25,774 nucleotides of DNA, from positions 1 to 25,774 of the IMG/VR virus record IMGVR_UViG_3300037237_000100; one strand, given 5' to 3'. The position numbers and the translations under genes were made by a program. Positions 1 to 5,598 of this stretch are shown here, piece by piece (position 1 is the stretch's first letter; each line of letters opens with the position of its first letter). The DNA comes from a virus (lineage: Duplodnaviria; Caudoviricetes). The notes beneath the pieces were generated by a model, which ran no database searches, was not told the origin of the DNA, and saw only the letters and a list, made by a program, of their open reading frames with translations.

Positions 1-640
1 ACTTGGTCAAATGTCGCGTGCGGCTTCTATCACACGATAGCGACAAAGACAGACGGCACACTTTGGACTTGGGGCTCCAACTCCTTCGGCCAACTAGGCC
101 TAGGCAACACCACCAATTATAATTCTCCCAACCAAGTCGGGGCGTTGACCACTTGGTTGAGTATCGCGGGCGGCGTCTATCACACGATAGCGACAAAGAC
201 AGACGGCACACTTTGGACTTGGGGCTATAACACCTACGGCCAACTCGGCCTCGGCAACGCCACCAATTATTCTTCTCCCAAGCAAGTCGGCGCTTTGACA
301 ACTTGGTCAAATGTCGCGGGCGGCTATGGTCACACGATGGCGACCAAGACTGACGGCACCCTCTGGACCTGGGGCCGCAACAACCAAGGCCAACTAGGCC
401 TAGGCAACGCCACCAATTATTCTTCTCCCAAGCAAGTCGGCGCTTTGACAACTTGGTCAAATGTCGCGGGCGGCTATGGTCACACGATTGCGACCAAGAC
501 TGACGGCACCCTCTGGACCTGGGGCCACAACTCCTTCGGCCAACTCGGCCTCGGCAACGCCACCAATTATTATTCTCCCAAGCAAGTCGGCGCTTTGACA
601 ACTTGGTCAAATGTCGCGTGCGGCTTCTATCACACGATTG
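1..640 (+). repeat. 150-bp coding tandem repeat, four full units plus a partial fifth
   Basis: Units begin ACTTGG at 1, 151, 301, 451 and 601 and align without gaps. Confidence 0.97.
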
Positions 641-654
641 CTAGACACACATGA
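1..654 (+). CDS. RCC1/BLIP-II-like repeat beta-propeller protein, 5'-truncated by the window edge; putative receptor-binding or tail-associated protein
   Basis: Frame is open from base 1 to the TGA at 652-654. It encodes 50-aa units (HT.ATKTDGTLWTWG.N..GQLGLGN....SP.QV) matching the RCC1 repeat pattern. The TTG start at 145 in the ORF track is internal. Confidence 0.9.
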   Translation, partial: TWSNVACGFYHTIATKTDGTLWTWGSNSFGQLGLGNTTNYNSPNQVGALTTWLSIAGGVYHTIATKTDGTLWTWGYNTYGQLGLGNATNYSSPKQVGALTTWSNVAGGYGHTMATKTDGTLWTWGRNNQGQLGLGNATNYSSPKQVGALTTWSNVAGGYGHTIATKTDGTLWTWGHNSFGQLGLGNATNYYSPKQVGALTTWSNVACGFYHTIARHT

Positions 655-2468
655 ACAAGAACCTGCATTTTCTTTCAGGCATTCCACGTTCAGGCTCGAC
701 GGTGCTGGCGGCCATCCTTAATCAGCATCCGTCAATTCATGTCAGCACCACGTCCGGCCTTGTTCACGCTCTCGACGGCGTAGCAAATACTTGGGCACAA
801 GCCGCATTGCTGAATGCCAACGATCCAGCGCGCGAACAACTTGCCAGAGTCATGCGCGGTATGGTTGATGCTTTTTACGAAGATGTTGAAAAGCCTACTG
901 TCCTCGACAAATCCCGCGGCTGGCCTATCGCACAGATCATGCATGCGATGGGCATGGTGTTAAAACATCCGCCGAAGATCATAGCGACGGTTCGCTCTGT
1001 GCCGGACTGCGCGGCCTCATTTGTTCGTATCGCCAAGCCGGATGATCTCGACGCCTTCGTGCAATCTGGGCAGTTGCTGGATCACCTGAAAGCCGCGTAC
1101 ATTTCCCTGCAAGACGGTTATTGTTTTATGCCGGAATGCTTCTTGATGGTCGAGTACGACGACCTGATAGCGAACCCAAAGGTGCAGCTTGATCGGGTTC
1201 ACGAGTTTCTGAAACTTCCATCGTTTAAGTACGATCTAGAAGCCATCGACGGCAAGTCGGTCGAGGAAGATGATGAAAACCAGCACGGTTATGCCGGGAT
1301 GCACGCCATCAAGCCAAAGCTTGAACGTCAGCACACCGATGATCCGAAAGATGTTCTGAACCACCACTATGTCAGCTTTTGCCAACCGGAGTTCTGGCTC
1401 GACAAGCCACGAACCATTCCGCCGATCCACGATCTTGATCTGCAACTAGCCGCCGCGACTGTTGGTGATTTTGCCGAAGGCTGGCGTATTGCACAGAAAC
1501 TCGAAATCGAGGAACCAAACAATCACAAGGCGGCGTTTAACCGGGCGCATTATGTGCTGCGTATGGGCAAGATACAGGAAGGCTATCGCCTGTTAAACCG
1601 AGGGCGTTTCTTCAACGAAAAGTTCTATCGCCCCGATGCGCCGACCGAAGAATGGGACGGCATCCGCAAGGGAACGGCGTTGCTCGCATTGGGTGGTGGC
1701 CTTGGCGATCAAATCCATCAGGTGCGCTACGCCAAGAACATAGCGACGAAAGGCTGCAAGGTTATCGTCGCCTGCGCCGGACCTCTGGCCTCTCTCTTTA
1801 CGGATGTCGAGGGGGTGTCGGCTGTCATCCAACGCGAGGCCGCTTTCGGCGTCTACCATGATTTTTGGGTTGATGGCATGTCGGCTCCGGTGCCTCTTGG
1901 TCTTGAACTAGAGGACTTGAGCGGCAAGCCCTATATCCGCAAACCTGCCGCTATTAAGGGGCGCAAGAAGCGGATAGGGCTGCGCTGGCAAGGCAATTCG
2001 CGTTTCGAGAATGACCACCACAAGCTGTTCCCGCACGATGTTTTCTTCGATGCAGTGAAGGATGCCGACGCCGACTTTATCTCGTTACAGCGCGATGAAG
2101 GCACCGAGCATCGGCCACCTTGGGTGCGAGAGGTTCCGCTGCGCACTTGGGAAGATACGCGCAACGCTATCGCTTCTTGCGATCTGGTGATAAGCTCCTG
2201 TACGTCAGTTAGTCACCTATCAGCCGCGATGGGGGTAGAGACTTGGGTCGTTATACCGATCATGCCATATTATCTCTATGCGATAGATGGCCCGACGACG
2301 CCCTATTATGACAGTATGAGGCTATTCCGCCAGCCAGAGTTCGGACATTGGACCGAAGTGTTTAACCAGGTTAAAATAGCATTAGGAGGTTCTCATGTTG
2401 CTCGCAACACGACCACACACAGTAGGCAACCGCCGCAGGTGGGTTGTCGATTATTCTCAATGGCTTAG
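651..2468 (+). CDS. Fusion of PAPS-dependent sulfotransferase, degenerate TPR and GT-B (GT9-like) glycosyltransferase domains
   Basis: N-terminal SGIPRSGSTVL (5'-PSB loop), KIIATVRS...AS (3'-PB) and VEYDDLIANP. TPR-like EPNNHKAAFNRAHYVLRMG. C-terminal WDG, GLGDQIHQVRY, IGLRWQGN, FISLQ, DLVISSCTSVSHLSAAMG and PYYDSMRLFRQ, typical of TPR-GT9-like proteins. ATGA overlap with the upstream gene. Confidence 0.85.
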   Translation: MNKNLHFLSGIPRSGSTVLAAILNQHPSIHVSTTSGLVHALDGVANTWAQAALLNANDPAREQLARVMRGMVDAFYEDVEKPTVLDKSRGWPIAQIMHAMGMVLKHPPKIIATVRSVPDCAASFVRIAKPDDLDAFVQSGQLLDHLKAAYISLQDGYCFMPECFLMVEYDDLIANPKVQLDRVHEFLKLPSFKYDLEAIDGKSVEEDDENQHGYAGMHAIKPKLERQHTDDPKDVLNHHYVSFCQPEFWLDKPRTIPPIHDLDLQLAAATVGDFAEGWRIAQKLEIEEPNNHKAAFNRAHYVLRMGKIQEGYRLLNRGRFFNEKFYRPDAPTEEWDGIRKGTALLALGGGLGDQIHQVRYAKNIATKGCKVIVACAGPLASLFTDVEGVSAVIQREAAFGVYHDFWVDGMSAPVPLGLELEDLSGKPYIRKPAAIKGRKKRIGLRWQGNSRFENDHHKLFPHDVFFDAVKDADADFISLQRDEGTEHRPPWVREVPLRTWEDTRNAIASCDLVISSCTSVSHLSAAMGVETWVVIPIMPYYLYAIDGPTTPYYDSMRLFRQPEFGHWTEVFNQVKIALGGSHVARNTTTHSRQPPQVGCRLFSMA

Positions 2469-2673
2469 CCCGGGTGCAACCATAGCGACCGGGACCGCCA
2501 GCACTACGTCCACGGACACTACGGTGGACACGGTATCGACCACCGCGACGACGCTTATCTTCTTCCTGACCGGCGGATCGCTAAACGAAGCCTTAACTGT
2601 TTCGCTTCAGATTGGCGATACGCTTGGTGAAGTCAAGAACGACACCATCAACTTTAATGTCATCGCACCATAA
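2395..2673 (+). CDS. Small beta-rich virion protein, putative fiber/tail adaptor
   Basis: Strong SD (AGGAGG, 2384-2389). The 'VDYSQWL..G.TI' and 'LIFFLTGG' pattern is recalled from phage fiber-adaptor proteins. Thr-rich. Confidence 0.55.
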   Translation: MLLATRPHTVGNRRRWVVDYSQWLSPGATIATGTASTTSTDTTVDTVSTTATTLIFFLTGGSLNEALTVSLQIGDTLGEVKNDTINFNVIAP

Positions 2674-2682
2674 GGAGCTATC

Positions 2683-3075
2683 ATGGCAAACCTAGCTGAA
2701 AAGACTGCCGAGGAAATCGCTGCCGGCGCTCGCACTGCTGAAGCTTATAAGCGTCATATAGAGACCGGCGGGGTTGCGTCTGAGTTTGGTTCACAGGTCC
2801 CAGGCCCGAACCCACAGGCGGTTAACCCTGTTCAGGTGCCTGGTACGCCTGCGGCGGCTGTTGCGGTCACTTTGGCTGGCACCCCAGCTGCTGTTCCTCC
2901 CGCTGCGGGGGGTCCTGCGGTTGCTGTTCTTTTAGGTCTGACTGGCCCGACTGGCGTTGTTGGCTCTACCGGTGCAGTCGCGCCGACCGGTGTGACAGGT
3001 CCGACATTCGGCCCTATTCCGACCTTCCTTCGCAAGATCGAGGGCGAAATCGAGGCTGAGTTCAAAAAGCTGTAA
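2683..3075 (+). CDS. Ala/Pro/Gly-rich hypothetical protein with short collagen-like G-X-T stretch
   Basis: SD AAGGAG at 2672-2677. Contains GLTGPTGVVGSTG and GVTGPT, with charged helices at both ends. Confidence 0.75.
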   Translation: MANLAEKTAEEIAAGARTAEAYKRHIETGGVASEFGSQVPGPNPQAVNPVQVPGTPAAAVAVTLAGTPAAVPPAAGGPAVAVLLGLTGPTGVVGSTGAVAPTGVTGPTFGPIPTFLRKIEGEIEAEFKKL

Positions 3076-3083
3076 GGAACAGA

Positions 3084-3389
3084 ATGGTTGAAGGTCCAAC
3101 GGTCTTAGAAGTAGCACCGGCGCGCGTCGTTGAGACCGCGCCGGTGCAAGTTGGCGTTGAGACGGCGCGACAGAAGCAGGTCCTATGGTTTGACCCGAAT
3201 TGGCGCGAGTTCCACAAGTTGTGGTCTATCCGGCTCAGTGCCATCGTTATGTTGTTGTCGGCTGCGGAAATGGCTGTGCCAGCCTTCATTACCTGGGTTC
3301 CGCCACGTCTGTTTGCGTTGTTGTGTTTAGTCATCGTCGGGGCGGCCTGGGTCGCACGCCTCATGAACCAACGGAGTACCAATCTGTGA
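3084..3389 (+). CDS. Putative holin with two transmembrane segments
   Basis: Two hydrophobic segments (LWSIRLSAIVMLLSAA; LFALLCLVIVGAAWVARL). Lies directly upstream of the lysozyme and overlaps it (GTGA). Confidence 0.7.
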   Translation: MVEGPTVLEVAPARVVETAPVQVGVETARQKQVLWFDPNWREFHKLWSIRLSAIVMLLSAAEMAVPAFITWVPPRLFALLCLVIVGAAWVARLMNQRSTNL

Positions 3390-4102
3390 GTGATACCCCT
3401 CCCCCTATGCCAGCCGGCGCTGCTCCAGTACGCGGGAGTGGCTATGTCCCTATAGTGGTGTCCCTCCTGATGCTGTTTGAGGGCACGGTGCTGGTCGGAT
3501 ATCATGACCGGATCGACCCACCCAGGGTTAATACGGTTTGCACTGGCCATATTGAGGGCGTGCATATTGGCGACCGCTACACCAAAATCCAATGCGCTGA
3601 CATGCTGGCCACGGATATTCCGCGCTACGAGAAGCAAGTCGAGCGCTGTATTACGGTCCCCCTGCCAGACTACCGGCACGCGGCTATTTTCTCGTTTGGC
3701 TACAATGTAGGCGGCGGCGCTCTCTGCAAGTCAAGCGTGGCCCGCAAGTTAAACGCCGGCGACGTGGAAGGAGGCTGTAATGCCCTCCTGCTGTACGACC
3801 GCGCCAACGGGAAGGTTATCAAGGGCCTCGAAACCCGCCGCGTTGCCGAGCGTAAACTCTGTCTGTTGGACGCGAACAACCCCGGCGCTGTGATTGCAGC
3901 TGGCCCCGTGACGCCACTTGCCCAGCACATTGAGGTACCCCTTGATAAGGCACCCCCTATAATCAGGCCGCAGCCTGTTAAAGTACAACCTATAACCAGG
4001 CCGCAGCCTGTTAAAGTACAACCTATAACCAGGCCACAACCTGCATCTGCGCCCCAACTTACCCTTTGGCAGCGAGTCACGGGCTGGTTCATGGAGAAGT
4101 GA
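3386..4102 (+). CDS. Endolysin, T4-type lysozyme (GH24), with Pro-rich C-terminal extension
   Basis: Catalytic pattern FEG(x)7D...TVCTGH, plus AAIFSFGYNVG and GKVIKGLETRRVAER. Start reassigned from 3200 to GTG 3386 because of SD GGAG at 3373-3376 and GTGA coupling to the holin stop. Confidence 0.9.
   Translation: MSDTPPPMPAGAAPVRGSGYVPIVVSLLMLFEGTVLVGYHDRIDPPRVNTVCTGHIEGVHIGDRYTKIQCADMLATDIPRYEKQVERCITVPLPDYRHAAIFSFGYNVGGGALCKSSVARKLNAGDVEGGCNALLLYDRANGKVIKGLETRRVAERKLCLLDANNPGAVIAAGPVTPLAQHIEVPLDKAPPIIRPQPVKVQPITRPQPVKVQPITRPQPASAPQLTLWQRVTGWFMEK
3956..4042 (+). repeat. 33-bp tandem repeat, about 2.6 copies, encoding PITRPQPVKVQ
   Basis: Unit CCTATAACCAGGCCGCAGCCTGTTAAAGTACAA at 3956 (one mismatch) and 3989, partial at 4022. 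Confidence 0.95.
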
Positions 4103-4103
4103 T

Positions 4104-4517
4104 ATGTTTATAATCCATCACCTTCTTGCCGGCGCATGGGCTACAATTTGGCACTGGGGGGCTGGCGTTGCCCTGATCATCATCTGCCTATTGTGCGCCT
4201 TTGGCACGACGCTGATCGCTGGTATTCCTGTGATTGGACTAGGGATTGCCAATGCGCTTGCGCCCCTCCGTAAGGACTTCATTATCGCCGCGGCCTTGGT
4301 GGCCTTGTTCTTGGCTGGCATGTATGTGGGGGCGAAAGACACCGCTTTGCACCATAAAGCCCAGCAGATGGTGATAGTTAACCACGTTAACAGCGTGGTG
4401 GATACCGTGGTTAACAGCCCACAAAACAAGCCACAGCCACAAAAATACACGAAAAAGGGTCACAAACCAATCCCGCGGAAGTCCCCTAGGGACCGCTGGG
4501 ACAACCCGAGGAATTGA
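4104..4517 (+). CDS. Membrane protein, putative i-spanin (Rz-like)
   Basis: Located between the endolysin and a lipoprotein gene. Hydrophobic N-terminal half, short soluble tail ending DRWDNPRN. Confidence 0.55.
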   Translation: MFIIHHLLAGAWATIWHWGAGVALIIICLLCAFGTTLIAGIPVIGLGIANALAPLRKDFIIAAALVALFLAGMYVGAKDTALHHKAQQMVIVNHVNSVVDTVVNSPQNKPQPQKYTKKGHKPIPRKSPRDRWDNPRN

Positions 4518-4518
4518 C

Positions 4519-4746
4519 ATGCGGAGAATAGCCATCGTAATCACCGCACTCAACCTGCTTGCCGGGTGTGATGTGGCGGACCTGCCGCCTAGCTCCATCG
4601 CCCCCATCTGCCGGGCCTTGGTAGGCCCCATTAAGTATAATACCAAGAACGTAATGAGCCAGCGGTATGCCGCCTACTTGCTTTCCTTGGATATTCATGC
4701 TAGAAACGAGATTGGACGAAAGCTGAACTGCCCAAAATACAAGTGA
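4519..4746 (+). CDS. Lipoprotein, putative o-spanin (Rz1-like)
   Basis: Signal peptide MRRIAIVITALNLLAG-C with lipobox LAGC; SD GAGG upstream; last gene of the lysis cassette. Confidence 0.7.
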   Translation: MRRIAIVITALNLLAGCDVADLPPSSIAPICRALVGPIKYNTKNVMSQRYAAYLLSLDIHARNEIGRKLNCPKYK

Positions 4747-4752
4747 GGTCCC

Positions 4753-4929
4753 ATGGCTAAGAAATGGATCAAGGGGGCTATCAAGCACCCCGGCGTCGAA
4801 AAGAAGGCCGCGGCGCGGGCTGGCATGTCTACGCAGGAGTACATGCAAAAACACCGTGGCGACTCTGGAACCAGTGGGGAACGGGCCCGGTTGGGCCTTA
4901 CCCTTTCGGGTATGAGTAAGGGAAAGTAA
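4753..4929 (+). CDS. Small basic protein (58 aa), absent from the ORF track
   Basis: Hand translation: MAKKWIKGAIKHPGVEKKAAARAGMSTQEYMQKHRGDSGTSGERARLGLTLSGMSKGK*. SD GAGGT at 4745-4749. The WI..AIK.PG...RARL..TL pattern is recalled from environmental phage proteins. Confidence 0.8.
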   Translation: MAKKWIKGAIKHPGVEKKAAARAGMSTQEYMQKHRGDSGTSGERARLGLTLSGMSKGK

Positions 4930-5077
4930 GTGTCTCGGCATCCTTCCCTACCTACGATGGGTGCGTTACTGAAGAAGCGTCCGCGCCGGCCCCATCAAGG
5001 CGTGACAACCAAATCTACCCCTGGTACGTCAATAGCGTTCCAGGGGGCTAATTCATCCCTCTTCAAAGGAGATACCA

Positions 5078-5551
5078 ATGCCAACGGATCAGCTACCAAC
5101 GGAAATCCCACCAGAGGTCGAGGAACCCCTCACGGCACCGGTCAAGAAGCCGCGCAAACCGCGGGGCAAGAACAAGCCCAAAGTAAAGCCAGTACCTGAC
5201 AAGCCAGTCGAGATACCGGTACAGGACGTGAACGAAGCGCCCAAGAGCCCGGTACTGCGCCCGGCTGGTCTGTCGTTCCCCGAACTGGAGAAGCAGGTCC
5301 TGGCGGCCCGCAACCAGCCTAAGCCCGAGCCTTTTGTCCCGCAGATCACGGAGCGACAGGCGGAAAAGACCCGGCTTGAAATGGAAGCCGGCGCTAAGCG
5401 TACGGCCTATTTCGAGGAACAGGAACGGCTACGGGTCCTCCCGCCGCCCGATCCCCATGCCCCAATTAACACCCCCGTCCATCGGCCAGGAGACTTCACC
5501 CCAAAGATGGGTTCCAAGGACCCAGCGATTGCCAGCCAGACCCTTAAGTAA
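5078..5551 (+). CDS. Pro/Lys/Glu-rich hypothetical protein
   Basis: SD AAGGAG before the ATG; fits the operon; shares a motif with the 2683..3075 protein. Confidence 0.75.
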   Translation: MPTDQLPTEIPPEVEEPLTAPVKKPRKPRGKNKPKVKPVPDKPVEIPVQDVNEAPKSPVLRPAGLSFPELEKQVLAARNQPKPEPFVPQITERQAEKTRLEMEAGAKRTAYFEEQERLRVLPPPDPHAPINTPVHRPGDFTPKMGSKDPAIASQTLK

Positions 5552-5575
5552 TTGCTAACAAATCAGCCGTAGGGT
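5544..5575 (+). promoter_or_regulatory. Candidate promoter with CtrA-box-like site
   Basis: TTAA-N7-CTAAC (5544-5559; consensus TTAA-N7-TTAAC), then 10 nt, then TAGGGT (TAnnnT). Lies at the start of the gap before the nozzle gene. Confidence 0.45.
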
Positions 5576-5598
5576 GACACATCTAGGAGAGTCTCCCT

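Noticed and set aside
1-640. Regular repeats as a CRISPR array
   Set aside because: Units are contiguous, in frame and protein-coding, with no unique spacers and no cas genes.
2362-2385. TTAACCAGGTTAA near-palindrome and TTAA-N7-TTAG
   Set aside because: It lies inside a CDS and overlaps an SD, with no suitably placed -10 element; insufficient support.
3200-3385. N-terminal 62 aa of the 300-aa endolysin ORF in the track
   Set aside because: It overlaps the holin; the SD and GTGA coupling support a start at 3386.
4377-4415. Clustered GTTAAC sites as CtrA boxes
   Set aside because: The spacing is N5 rather than N7, and the sites are explained by repeated Val-Asn codons in a CDS.
4930-5199. 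89-aa ORF
   Set aside because: Weak SD and a 122-nt overlap with the better-supported ORF at 5078. It cannot be fully excluded, and 4930-5077 is otherwise unexplained.
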